Source: Zygnema circumcarinatum SAG 698-1b (Eukaryota; Plantae; Zygnematophyceae). Taken from it: 64,000 nt of DNA. This document shows positions 53,801 to 64,000 of the stretch, one piece after another. A model generated the notes under the pieces. That model did not search any database. It saw only the letters and a program-made list of their open reading frames with translations, and was not told the origin of the DNA. Location of the stretch: assembly GCA_037447605.1 (NCBI GenBank), contig CM074804.1:186001-250000 (forward strand), read 5' to 3'. The position numbers were made by a program, and so were the translations under genes. The first letter of the stretch is position 1. Each line of letters starts with the position of its first letter.

Positions 53801-55732
53801 ATTCCGGTTAGCGAGCCTGCCGGAAACAACTATGGCAAGCTCCCTCACTTCATACGATTCATCATTCAAAGCAATGAAGAGAGCTCTCAAGCTATCTGCC
53901 TGGGCTAGAAAGGCGTCTAGGCCCCCATCCCCCCCAAAAGAGCCAAGAACTGCCCTCCGAACTCCCGCGTCGGGATCAGCTACACATGTCACAAGCAGTC
54001 TCTCCAACTTCTCTTCTACAAGAGCTCGCCTTCTCCTTCCCCTTCCAGCCTGTGCAGAGCGCGGAGAGCCCCCTGCAGAAGAGCAGGAATACTCCAGCAG
54101 TCTGCAGCAGCAAATGGCAGCCTCCCTCCTTGTCCCCACATCATCGTCTTCCAAGTACCTTCCCACATGCTCCTTAGCAAATTCCAACAATTCATGGCCT
54201 GAAAGGTCGAAGGTGCATAGTGTTCTCAGAGCCAGTTGAGTGAGAGCAGGCGCACTCAGCTCTACAGCGACTGACGGCATGGAGCCGCCTGCAGGACTGG
54301 TGGGTGCCCCGAGAGGGGGTCGTGACAGGGAGACCGAACCCAATGCAGCTTTGTGTTGTTTTTTTGCTAGAACAGCAGAAATGGTTTCCAAAAGACGTTC
54401 CTGGATGACAGGAAGGAGCACCGGAAGCCTTGTGGCAATCTGAGAGAGGGTGGTCACTAAGGTGAGAGACAATCCACTAGCAAAGCATACGTCTAGAAGA
54501 TTCCGAACATGATCTGTCATGACAGGGCCCACTGCAGCTGCCAGCTGTCCCAGGCAAGCGAGAGCTTCCATACTCGGCCTCCCTCTTCTCGGCCCAATTG
54601 CCTCCTTCAGCAGAGCTGTGAGAGCAGGCAAGTACGGCACAAGGGCTCCCCCTACTGCCCCAGCCATTTCCCCTAAAGCAGCAAAACCAGTGTCCCTGTC
54701 TACAGGATTTCTCATAACTCCCAACAGGTGTTCCATGCAGATCTGCAAATAACTTGCCACAAATCTGTCGCGGAGAAAGTGCGCAATGCGAGGCAGCAAG
54801 GCTGTGATGGAGCGCCTCACTAATCGCTCCCGATGATCTCGATACTTGAGCACAATGTTGGTCACCTCCTTGTACCTGGCCATCATGAATTCACCCGTGT
54901 TGCGAAGGAGCTCGCCGATGGCCAAAAGGGAGCCGTGTATGCTCTCCACACTCGCACTCCTTACAAGCCCCTTTTGTGTTTCTTCAAACAAGCGATAGTA
55001 GCCCTGTACTCGCCACCTCGTCTCTCTCTTTTCGATCACGCACAAGCACGCTCGCAGTGCTTCCACTGCCCTCTCTCTGACCGCAAGTTTTGGATCCCTC
55101 AGTGCAGCCCATATGGCATCAATGAACTCTTGCACATGAACATTGAAGACAGTGGGGGCGTTTTCAGCCATTTCCTTTAAAATGAGCACAGCAGCAAACT
55201 TCCGCGCCTCAACCCTTTCTCCCCCCAGCCATTCCAGTGCCTGCCTAACCTGAAACTCTACCACATCTGCAGTGAGTGCTCCTCCTGCACGTGCCAAGTG
55301 ACCCAAAGCAGCGCTCGCGGCAATCATTGTATCTGGATCGACCTTCTCCTCAAAAATATGCCGCAAGTGGCTCGCGAACCGCGAAATTTTTGCTGCGTTT
55401 TCCCCCAAACTCACATCAATCAGCTCATCAATGGCATGAATAGCCCCTACGTTATCCGCCGGGTTTGGACTCTCTACCAGCGCCATTATCCGCTCGTACA
55501 GGTTGTCCATAAACCGTGTGAATGCTTCCCCGCTTAGGTCTCTTGCCTCCTCTTCCACGTGCTCCCGCAATGTTAGCACTCCATCCTCTTTGGGAGTAGG
55601 CACCTTTATGCAAAGCTCCATCAATAGACGCCGCAGTGTGTCTTGAGCAGCCCCTCCACCCATTGAAGGTCGAAAAGTCTGCATAGAACTGACACTGCCT
55701 GCGGCAGCCATTGCCAGCGCCATGCTCCCCAT
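47873..55732 (-). CDS. TOR: Target of rapamycin kinase, single-exon CDS (~2,620 aa; ORF open to 55771)
   Basis: HEAT repeats, FAT, FRB (ILWHEMWHEALEEASRLYF), PI3K-like kinase (FLLKGHEDLRLDERVMQLF, GLGDRHPSNLML, IHIDFGDCF) and FATC (LCQSYIGWCPFW*) in one uninterrupted ORF. A probable 5'UTR intron has its donor near 56590 and acceptor just before the ATG. Confidence 0.98.
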   Translation of the reverse strand: MGSMALAMAAAGSVSSMQTFRPSMGGGAAQDTLRRLLMELCIKVPTPKEDGVLTLREHVEEEARDLSGEAFTRFMDNLYERIMALVESPNPADNVGAIHAIDELIDVSLGENAAKISRFASHLRHIFEEKVDPDTMIAASAALGHLARAGGALTADVVEFQVRQALEWLGGERVEARKFAAVLILKEMAENAPTVFNVHVQEFIDAIWAALRDPKLAVRERAVEALRACLCVIEKRETRWRVQGYYRLFEETQKGLVRSASVESIHGSLLAIGELLRNTGEFMMARYKEVTNIVLKYRDHRERLVRRSITALLPRIAHFLRDRFVASYLQICMEHLLGVMRNPVDRDTGFAALGEMAGAVGGALVPYLPALTALLKEAIGPRRGRPSMEALACLGQLAAAVGPVMTDHVRNLLDVCFASGLSLTLVTTLSQIATRLPVLLPVIQERLLETISAVLAKKQHKAALGSVSLSRPPLGAPTSPAGGSMPSVAVELSAPALTQLALRTLCTFDLSGHELLEFAKEHVGRYLEDDDVGTRREAAICCCRLLEYSCSSAGGSPRSAQAGRGRRRRALVEEKLERLLVTCVADPDAGVRRAVLGSFGGDGGLDAFLAQADSLRALFIALNDESYEVRELAIVVSGRLANRNPAYVLPALRRHLLQLLGDLEHSTDSKQKEESARLLGCLIRGCTRLIVPYIPPVLRVLIGKLREGTTGAAGTAGAPGGGGTMGVVGSVLATVGELAKVGGGALRSYLGELLPLIVDALHDGAAGGKKEIAVATLGQVVESTGYVVTPYTEYPQLLGLLLRLLNGELAWSMRRTVLQVLGILGALDPHTHKRNQLALSLQPANVASTGPSDGGGGGGGGHIAHVHARSVDDPSTELLPPGGLSTTSDDYYSTVAITALMRILRDGALASYHQRVVGSVMYIFKAMGLACVPYLPKVMPELFHVMRTCEDGLREFLFWQLAQLVAIVRQHMRKYLNELLSLIFDYWNALMLPVLPRPPAASPVLNLVEQLCRALNDEFRAHMPEILPRCVAILSEAERTGDYTKVPPVLHTFEVFGASMEDHMHLLLPALVRLFKPGLSDAPLEIQRAALRTLARLLPAMQVAGHAAAIVHPLMRVLDGPIDELRREAADAICALAVAQGADFLIFVPSIRKLMQRHRMQHAKFDNVAARVMRREPALLMDVLPAGSHSTVGAASPWGGGAPHGSSGSMNGFSVEGESERMEGEATEVVAGRQLKVNERSLKKAWESSQRSTKEDWAEWMRHFSVQLLKESPSPALRTCAGLAQLQPHVARELFAAGFVSCWAELNETAQEQLVRSLEAAFASPNIPPEILATLLNLAEFMEHDEKPLPVDIRTLGALAEKCHAYAKALHYKEMEFEQSPTTTVEALIHVNNQLQQHEAAVGILVYAQQHLAVELKESWYEKLQRWDEALAAYERKAGAALSPHAMLDATLGRMRCLGALAHWEELSALCKEAWAPAEPSARLEMAPLGAQAAWNMGKWDEMAEYVSVLDDGGDSPGGTGGRMVLHASAPQAGGGLGVGSSDGAFFRAVLCVRRGQHSEARMYVDRARKLLATELAALVLESYERAYGDVVRVQQLAELEEVIEYSQLPVSEPRAALIQQMWQDRIRGTQRNVEVWQALLAVRSLVLPMAEDVPTWLKFSSLCRKSGRISQSHSTLLRLLQYDPEQAGHSLDMGSSGGGGGGGGGGGIGRVAAMAMGQVGVGAAMNGVAVGIAQGSSHMGASTMGSLRTNAVPQVMLAYLKHMWSLGGETTRRQAYRHLQDLASEMAQQGEGGTALSMGGAAALLSGGAVGAGSGGRRLGQGGIGSANLGQLGTSVSLAARVFLKLGSWAWALQPALSEPAVGEITASLRAATEEARGWGKAWHVWALFNTAAMSYYTVRGNPQGAQRHVVAAVSGYFRSIALSPPGRDNGDDSVQDILRLLTLWFSHGNGAEVQAALQEGFAVVNIDTWLLVIPQIIARIHASVPAVRGLIQSLLIRIGRHHPQALMFPLLVACKSMSNARRTAAQSVLDNVRAHSAVLVDEAQLVSVELIRVAILWHEMWHEALEEASRLYFGERNVEGMLAVLAPLHSMLEKQGAETLKEIAFVQAYGHELQEANECCMNYRRTGKEAELTQAWDLYYHVFKRINKQLPSLTTLELHYVSPALVEAKNLELAMPGTYRAGSPVVTIGGFAQQIQVITSKQRPRKIVIYGSDGAEYVFLLKGHEDLRLDERVMQLFGLVNTLLTNARSAAEKDLSIERYAVIPLSPNSGLIGWLPHCDTLHQLIREYRDARKTAVNAEHRFMLAFAPDYDHLTLMAKVEVFEHALENTPGNDLARVLWLKSRSSEVWLDRRTNYTRSLAVMSMVGYLLGLGDRHPSNLMLDRFSGKIIHIDFGDCFEASMNREKFPEKVPFRLTRMLVKAMEVSGIEGNFRFTCEAVLQVLRSNKDSVMAMMEAFVHDPLINWRLFNLTPTGGHAAAGLPRPPGGGGVDELAATGNLPSPPQRGARERELLQAVGQLGDANEVLNERAVAVMTRMSNKLTGRDFGTVPASGGSIGSLQASAYGGLERTTSGAVLGPVDARETEPGLSVKTQVQRLIGQATSHENLCQSYIGWCPFW

Positions 55733-56946
55733 ACCTGCGTCTACCCCTGCCTGTATCTCAAGACTTAACAAGGTTCTTTATATATACATATCAACGTGGA
55801 TAGAACAAATTTCCTCGTCGTAAACAGGCTGGCTGCTTCATGTACTAACTCTGGTGACGAAGGAAGCCAAGGAGTTGAGACTGGATCCATGAAAACGGCA
55901 AAATAAGCATCAACTTGAACTATACACTTTGAGATATCTCACACTGCTTGATATCATGCCGAATAAGGAAGATAAGAAGTTTAAATTCTCTTCCCATACT
56001 TTTCGTAAAGGTGTCTTTAGGGTTTGAGGTTTGCAGGGACTACGGAAAACTTTAAGTTGCATCTAATCTCAAGCAAATGTTCTGCTGCAATGCAGCGGCA
56101 AGCCGATGAAAGCTTGAAGCTAAATTTGGAAGCCTGATTCTTATAAAGGCCCTAAGTTATCAGAATGAGTACAATTATAATGTAAATGAAAAACTTTCCT
56201 AAGTAATAAGGAGTACCCTCGCTTTCTATATCTCTCTTTCTCCTTCTCCTTCTTTCCAATACCCTGAAAGCCTCTTGTCTGAATTTCTCTCCCTTTAGAG
56301 CCCCTCTCTCTTATCCTGGATCCTGACTTACCCTCTCCTTCTTCCTCTACTTTCCTCTGCCTCTCGCCTTCCCCGTCCTTCCCTTCCACGTCTCGCTCAA
56401 ATGGTTCCTCCAACACTACGGCTAGCTCTTGCATGCGCTTCTCTTCTTCTCCACTTTCTCTCTCTCTCTCTTTCTCTGTCCATTCATTACGAATCCTTAC
56501 CATTTCTACCTCTCCTTTACATCTTCTCTACCACAATGTAATGAAATCTCCATCATATGAAGCCAAAAAATAACCTTCACTACCACTCACCTGCTAGAGT
56601 TTTTCCTCCTTCCAGGTTGTTAAATCCACACCGACCTCCTCCGTAACTAGAGGAAGTTAAGAGAATAAAAGGAAACGAGAAGGAGATTGGAAAACAAAGG
56701 GTGAAGAGTTTGGGGAGGAGAGGAAGCAGCTCCCTCCTCCGAACGCCAGAGAAAGCCTCTGAAGCGGCGAAGGCGAAGAACGCGAACGCCTTTCGCGCCG
56801 TTTATCGTTCCAACGTTCATTCTTTCGCTTTGTCTTCGCATTCTGCCTGCATGAAAAGACACGTAAACATTGTGAAGAGATAAACTCAGAGAAACCTCTG
56901 TGTGAATGCTGAAAGTGTGAGGAAGGAGCAAGAAAAGGAGGATAGC

Positions 56947-57264
56947 ATGGAGTACAAGAAGTCCCAGCAGATGTGGCTGTTTCTGCTTGCCTTAATTCCG
57001 GGAGTATTGACATATTTCAAGCTGATTTCACCCATTCAAGCAGCTCTACTGGTTATGTTGGCATATGTGCTATCCAGGCGGCATGCCAATGAGCTCCAGC
57101 GACGGTATCAGCTGAAGATGGCGCAGGAGATAGCGGATTTGAAGAAGGAAGAGGAGAAATATGCTTCCCTTCCTTCCAAGAAACGGAAGAATATTCAGAA
57201 GGGCCTGGCAAAGCGGACGGGTGCAACAGATATAGAACCAACAGATGGAGGTGTTGAAGAATAG
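56947..57264 (+). CDS. Small hypothetical membrane protein (105 aa), divergent from TOR
   Basis: MEYKKSQQMWLFLLALIPGVLTYFKLISPIQAALLVMLAYVLSRR...: two short hydrophobic segments followed by a charged, coiled-coil-like tail. Preceded by AG-rich leader sequence. No family recognised. Confidence 0.6.
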   Translation: MEYKKSQQMWLFLLALIPGVLTYFKLISPIQAALLVMLAYVLSRRHANELQRRYQLKMAQEIADLKKEEEKYASLPSKKRKNIQKGLAKRTGATDIEPTDGGVEE

Positions 57265-58527
57265 TAATACTGTTTCAGATGCCCTTGCTTTTTCCTTTTT
57301 GGTATTCACATCTTTCGGATGTGACTGTTGACAGCCATTGATAGCAGTCCAAGGCCTTTTCTGCGCATGTATGCAGATTGTCCTGCTGTATACCAACCAG
57401 AGTAGCTCTTGCACTTTCAAGAATAGGTGATGTCAATCTCATTCCCTCTGGCTAATTTTTTATTCTGGTCTGCAACTCAAGAAGGATTTCAAGGAACTCA
57501 TATAACAGAGGAAGTTCCCAGCATGTAGGCTTGTTGTCTGTAAATTTTAAGGTAGTGCTTCAAAATTTCAAGATTTTCTCCTGTGTTGTGTGCTCTATCG
57601 GTTGCTTCTCTCCTTCAGAGCACTTAATCTTCTGTGGTAATCTGCTCGTAATTTTGCAAAAAGCATCCTTTAGGCATTGCTTTTGCTTTTGCTTTCTGCT
57701 TTTTAACGTATATATTGCCCTTGATTTTATTATTTTTTTGGAACATGGTTTTGGTCATCTAATTTCGCTTTGCGAAAGACTCTGCCCATGAACTCCTTCA
57801 CTGACTTGAGTAAAAACTGCCACCTTTAAGCGACTATGTGATACAATCCCCTTAACTTCAATATATGGCACTTTTACTCTCCTTAAAGAGTTCTTAGGAC
57901 TCCTTGTTGCTCACTGTGCATTGGATGATAGACCCAAATCAAAGATTTATGCGGTCCTTGGAAAAATCTAAAAGACCTGACTGAAACTCACTCGTGTTGA
58001 TCTTTAACGAAGCCTCATCTTAGTCTGAAACTGTGGCCTACTTTGGCCTTTGGCTTTCTCGATAGCCCGATGCAGTTGTGTTTGCAATGATGCAGCAATA
58101 TTTCATTCGTACAGAAACTTCACAAAAGAACATTTCCCACCAGTTGTTTCGGATGGTCGTCGCCTGTTCAGCACAGGACTACCCTCCTGACAGTAAACTG
58201 ATACTACTACTGAGCACAACTTTTTACTAAAGTGCATGTGGCCTATGTCATAGCCATTTTTCAGGATTCACTGCCAGTTGGCTGACAATGAGTTCACTTG
58301 AGTCTATCAGTTGTGTGCTATGCTCATCTGTTCTCAACTGTACAATATATACAAAGCTGTTCTCCTCCACACTGTCCCCATATTGTAGCTGTAACTAATT
58401 GTCAATGTGACATGTAACTGTAGCTCCTGCTGCTCTTCCAGCCAAGTGAATGCCTGAAGCTGTACACTGACTGCATCACTCCGCTTGCATCTCCTTCAGG
58501 TTTTCAGATTTTAGCGTTTGCACATTT

Positions 58528-60483
58528 CTACTCGATCTCTGAGGCGAGCAGCTCCTGAATGGCAAGCTCCATAGCCATCCTTGACGCAATCTCCTTGTCG
58601 TCCTTTCCATCGTTTTCCATAGCAGTCAGAAGCTTTCCTTCACCTTCCTCCTCAACCACCTCCGTATGCACACATGCTGTCAGGTGCGCATGTGCCACCG
58701 TTTCCGTAACAACTCCTTCCGTGTTTGTCGTCTTTACAAGTACAGAGACATCGCGCTCTACAAACATGTCATCGTCGCTGTTTCCGTTGGGAAGGCTCGA
58801 TTCCATGTCGGCCTCCACCTCTTCCTTTGTGGGCAGAAACACGTAATCAGTAACAGGGTCGTACAAAGAATCAGGGCCTCCAACTTGCAGAAAATATTTG
58901 ACCAGACGGAACACGCGATCATCTCGGAGGAGCGCTCGGTGCTCCCCCGGAACAGCGACTCTGAATACGGCATCGAACCCATCACCCTGCCAACAGAAAA
59001 AGGCGTTAAAGCAGGAAATTGAACATTTAAGATGGCTTAAAACTAAGAAATGTAGGAGATTAAGCCTCAGAATGTCACGATAGAAGTTTTAATGCCTCGC
59101 GCATCACAACTCCATCCCTCTCATCCAACAAAGCTGCAGCTTAATGGCCGGAACGGGCCCTACCTTTGCTGATTCCACGGGCACAGTTCCGTCGCCATCA
59201 ACGTAATCGAATGCAGCCTGCAATCAGGGACATGGATTGCCGGGCCCATTTCAGAGAAACCCCTTTTTTCTGAAAATAGACACGCTGAGAGAATCATTTT
59301 CATACCACCTCCCTTCTCCCTACCTCTCTGTTGTCTCTCCTCTATTCTGCACTCACGTTCCCTCGTTATCTTCCTTTCTAAAACGAAAGAAACAGAATGA
59401 AGTCCCAAAAAGAGTGGTACCGTGCTGCTTACCTCAGTGTGAAGGATCTCCTCCAGCTCCTTGATTGGTGATTGAAGGGACCCATAACTGCGATCCCACC
59501 CAACCCCCCCCCAAAACAACATGCATTAAAGTCAGCTAGCATGGATGAACCAACAGCTTTAAATTCAAACCATCCTGAAGACCCTATTAATCTTCACCAC
59601 TTCCGAATGAAAATAGCAGAGAATTGCGCTAACAAACAGTTAGTTGAGCAAACAAACCTGGCCATTGCCATGAGGAGGTTAAGTCCTCAACAAATTGAGA
59701 CCTCAGATCATGGTGAAACGTGGGATTACTTAACAATCATCCTGTTGTGTTTCTTAGATGGAGGGAGAAGGTCACTCACCTGGTGTGGAAGGGCGTATCC
59801 AAGCTAACCCCATATATATTATAGAACTTCACACCCTCAGGGAGCTGGGCCGTGCTCCAAATCGTGCGAGTCTCCTTAGCCCACTCGACAATGCTCGGGT
59901 TTAGCGGCAGTGGAATTGTCTCCTTGTTCAGGGTCACCTGCAGCAGTTCCGTTCCGTTACGCAGTAAGGAACGGAACGAACTCAAACATGAAGGCAACTC
60001 TTCTGCCCGAGGTAAGCAGATCACTGAATTGGAATCTTTTGTCCATTGCATGGGATGGAAATGATATGGCTGTGTGCAGAGGAGAGAATGAGAAAAAGTG
60101 AGCGAGAGAGTATGAGGGGGAGAACGAGGAGGACAGGGTGGGGGAAGAGTACCGAGTTGTTTTTAAGAACTTCCTCCAGCAGCTTAATAACCTCCTCGCC
60201 AGTAGAGATCTTCTGTACCTCCACAGCGGTCTCCTCTGAATTGCTGCCATCGATCGTCCGCACAATTCGCAGTTCCGGCTTCTCTCCCCACTCAAAGCTG
60301 TACTCTGCCATAAGCTCGTGCACCGAGGGGCACTCCACCAACTGCAACTCTCCACAGAAGAACGAGAGAGAGAGAGAGAGAGGTGAGGGAGGAGGGGAAA
60401 GACGGGGAGAACGAGAAGAGGGACAGAGACGCAAACAGAGACAGGGAGGGACGGAAGAGAAAGAGAGAAGAGCGAGAAGTGAC

Positions 60484-60515
<32 letters not shown>

Positions 60516-63059
60516 GTTAGAGAGAGGGAGAAAAAAAGAGAGAGCAGCTGCGGTTCACCATACAGAGAGAGAGAAAGAGAGGGAGTGTGTACCAGCTGGT
60601 GCATACTCCACTTTGCCACAAAGAGCTCCTTCTGCCACCCTTTCAGAAACTCTACTCCCGTTAAGAGGGTATCCATGATAAATCCCGGAGCACCTGCAGG
60701 GCGACATCTTGCAAAAAAAATCAGCCCAACCTGTACACCTCAAAAACACCGAGTGCTTCGAAAACGTGACTCTAAAGCCATAAAATCTTTGAAGTCGGGA
60801 GACTCCTATCTCTCGAAACCCTAAAGTTTTCACAATCATAAAAAAGACCCAGCGAACAATAGAACTCCCAAAGGCCTCAGAACTTCTCAACCCTAAAAAC
60901 CTTAGAGACCTACGAGCTCAAGAGCGTATACACTTACCTCTGAATGGAGAGGCAATTGCAATCCATGAAGCCACGTGAGCTGCAACTTCGCTCGGCTGTA
61001 ATGCCACAAACGATTTCATCACAAGGCCGCCCATTGAGTGCGTGATTACACTCACTTTCTTTCCCGTCACTTCATGAACAGATTTTAACTTTTGAGCAAA
61101 CGCATCCATGACTTCCGGAAGCCTGCACATGCGAACACGGAATGAATTCGTCAATTTATGTCAATTGAGTTTCTACGAAGGAGTACGGAGCTCCAAAGCA
61201 CAATGACTGTCCGAGCACTTGTAAGGAATCTTCTGTCAGGACCTGTATCTTCTCCATTGAAACTTTAACTCTTAGACCCTCCAAAAAAGAAAGGCTCAAC
61301 TTGTAAATAGTTATGCACGACTTATGTAGAACCCGAGAATGGGCTCATTTGCATTCAGTAGAAGTAGTAGTAGACAGAAAGCTATCTTCACCTGTTGCTC
61401 TGCCGGAAGTCATATCCGAATCCGAAGAGGTTTTTACCATCCACGTAACCCCATTTACGCATATCCACAATCATGTTGTGATAGTAATTCACCATGTCCA
61501 GCGGAATTTTCTGCAACATAGACAACAACTTTGGTTGCGGAGTTAAACGCCAAGATGAGACGTCACACCCCACGCCCGTCAGAGAACAATTCAATACTGC
61601 AATGCTTGACTCCTCTACTTCTTCCCCCCTCTATCTCTCTCTCTCTCTCTCTCACTCTCTCTCATACACACTCCCCGCCCCAGCCCCCCCCCCCTTTCCC
61701 TTGCCCTCTCCCTCTCCCTCTCTCTCTCCTCTCTCACTCTTTCCTCCCCGGCCCCACATCTCCCCCTCCCCCACTCTTCTCAACTTTCCAGAGTACGGGA
61801 TGTGCAGCATATTCACTGTCCAAACTGGTTAACTGTGTGGAACAACTAAAGCAAAGCAAAGAACTCCACTTGCTTCCACCCTCGCATGCACGTATGGGCT
61901 CTTACCAGGTCCGGGTCCAGAATATCGCAGGCATATAAGCCAAAATTGTCCTGAGGAACTTCAATGTGAGTATTGGGGGAAAGCGACGTCGTCCTTCCTG
62001 CAAATGACATTCCACTTCAGCTCTCATTTAATTCTATTCGAAAGTGCATTTACATTCAAATTCATTCATACGTCATTTTCCTAGAAAGAATGAACAACTA
62101 GACGCTCACACAGACGCCCAGCAGAGAGCTTCCTGTCGTCCGCATCTCCTCCCCTTGCTCTTGTTACTTTCATCATCGCCCATCGCCACTTCCACACAAT
62201 CTCCTTCCAAGGCAGGCGACGACCAGGAGCACCGGACTCTCTCCCGGCCCCTCTCACTGCTCCCTCCCTGCCTATCTTTTTCTCACCCTTCTTTACCCTC
62301 GTCACTCCCTCCCATCACTCTCTTTCTTCCCTGGACCATCTCCCCCCACTTTCTACTTGTCAATTCCTCTCCTCCCAATTCCTGTCCATCCCTACCGCCT
62401 TCAATTTCCCTTGCACCGTCCGCCTTTTCCTCTGCCTCCCTCCCCATCTTGCTCCCAATTCACCACTTGCTCTCCCCCACCCTCCCTTCTCTTTCCCCTC
62501 TTCCCGCCCCATTCACTCCTCCCCTCCCTCTCCCTGTCCCTCTCACTCGCCCTCTCCCTGTCCCTCTCGCTCGCCCTCTCCCTCTCCCCATGCTCTCCCT
62601 CTCCCTCCCTTCCCTCCCCCGTCACCCTTGCATTTTCTCGTCCGCCTCTTCCCCCCTCATCCCCACTCCTATCCATTTCAACCTCCACTCCCCTCTCACC
62701 TGTCTCAGGGTCGTACTTAGACCACAGCTTGCTCCTGAACTCATGGTCGGCGTTCAGCAGCCGCACCCAAATGCGCTCCGACTTCTTCCCGTCCTCCGTC
62801 ACCGCATTCAAAATGGACCCTCCGATGCCGGGCACCTGACAGAGGGAGATGCCGTTGTATATGAACAGAGTATTTTAGGGTGGATGCATTCGTATGATTT
62901 TACACGTACCAAATCGTAAGTAAGAAACACATTCACTTTCTGCCCGTCACCCACCAAAAGCACCGGCGGAAGCTCTGCCCCCTCTCCCTCCTCCTCGTCG
63001 GGGGGGTCCCTCCTGCGCGGCCATGGAAGCGGCCATGGCAGGAAGCTCCGCGGCGCCAT
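58528..63059 (-). CDS. LCAT-like phospholipase A1/acyltransferase (LCAT3/LCAT4 type), 11 exons
   Basis: Exons 63059-62955, 62835-62700, 61997-61906, 61510-61392, 61122-60938, 60693-60593, 60341-60153, 59937-59780, 59487-59433, 59217-59164, 58986-58528. Motifs PVLLVPGIGGS, FGFGYDFRQSNR, ITHSMGG, IASPFRGAPG, DGDGTVPVES, GEHR. Confidence 0.95.
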
Positions 63060-63745
63060 GACAGTGGTAGAGAGGCGAGAGGAGAGATAGGACAGGAAGG
63101 AACAGATGACGCCATTAGATTAAGAGGAAAATTTGGGCTGGCGAGGAGCAGGTTCCATGAGCTCCTGTTCGGCTGTCCGTCAACGACAGCACGTTCATAG
63201 AATTTGACCGCTCTGTTCCGTAACGCAATTACTGCCACGCGATAGAGCTCGCGAACCAGTCGGCTTATAGTTAAAAGCACCACTGTGTTGAACCAACCAT
63301 TGAATCTGAGTGAATCTTAACATGGTCATCTTGGTTCCCCATGTTGCTTTTGTCCATGTACATTTGATGGCCTCGCCGTCGTGCGACCAATGCCACTTCC
63401 CCCTCAAACATGGCCTTTCAGTAAGAAATAATCCAAGCCAATAAATTGAGACAAAAAAAGCAAGCAACTTGCAGGAAGACTTGCAGCAATGAAATGTTTG
63501 AAAGAGCCGCATGGCTAAGAGGGTGGCCACGTGTCAAGCCGGCTCGGATCGTAGGGCCTGGATTGCCGCTGACATGTAAAGTTTGACGGCTGAGATTTAT
63601 TTATTAAAATCCGTCAAAATCTGAGGGTTGATCCGTGGATCAGCGACCTAACCAACCATTGGCTTCAATGGTTGACAGACGTGACTACGGTAGTGGTTGC
63701 AACCAGTGCCATTGCCAACTATTGCAACCATTAACTGAGTTCACC

Positions 63746-63831
63746 GTACTGTACTTGTGTCCGTATACAGTATTGGCACGTACAGTACAGTACAGTATTG
63801 TACGATTTCATATTTTTTCGTACACGTGTAC
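63746..63831. promoter_or_regulatory. Dense GTAC cluster (8 sites in ~86 bp), CuRE/SBP-site-like
   Basis: Counted directly. Regulatory role is inferred only. Confidence 0.3.
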
Positions 63832-64000
63832 GGTCTGAGTGAGCAGTTGCAGGTGTGCAGGACAGGAGGGCGGAGAAGACAGCGCGGGGAGGGGGAAGCC
63901 ATGGCTGCCCCGGAGGGAAGCTGGGAGCGGCGCAGATCCGCCATGGCTGCTGCTGTACGAAAGCAGATCCATTAAGGGCGTCTCCGTAATCCTAGGAAAT

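Noticed and set aside
48050-55537. Antisense ORFs on + within TOR
   Set aside because: Shadow ORFs of a long GC-rich coding sequence, with no independent motifs.

Overview
Eukaryotic, gene-dense window from what looks like a streptophyte green alga or plant. Lineage is inferred from the proteins, the short GT-AG introns and the abundant (CT)n/(CCCCT)n repeats. Intact genes: chloroplast-type DnaJ (+, 5'-partial), a CBE1-like eIF4E-binding protein (-), a complete 5-exon eIF4E directly upstream of it (-), RPP40 (+), a 2,600-aa TOR kinase encoded as one uninterrupted ORF (-), a small divergent membrane-protein ORF (+) and an LCAT-like phospholipase (-). Between eIF4E and RPP40 (~15.4-42.3 kb) lies ~27 kb with no intact gene. 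It holds nested MITEs, a non-autonomous Mutator-like element and intron-retaining fragments of unrelated genes (TOR, VPS51, NAA40, ribulosamine/fructosamine kinase, CA1P-phosphatase-like, possibly KNL2 and a hAT transposase). It also holds a twice-present ~7 kb unit built around a CpG-rich island and a composite satellite: a GC-rich 15-mer, TTAGGG-like repeats and a repeated TATA/short-exon/splice-donor module. No transposase, RT or Rep that could have built this was found. Homology calls are from recognition of motifs, not from database searches. Identity values are by-eye estimates.
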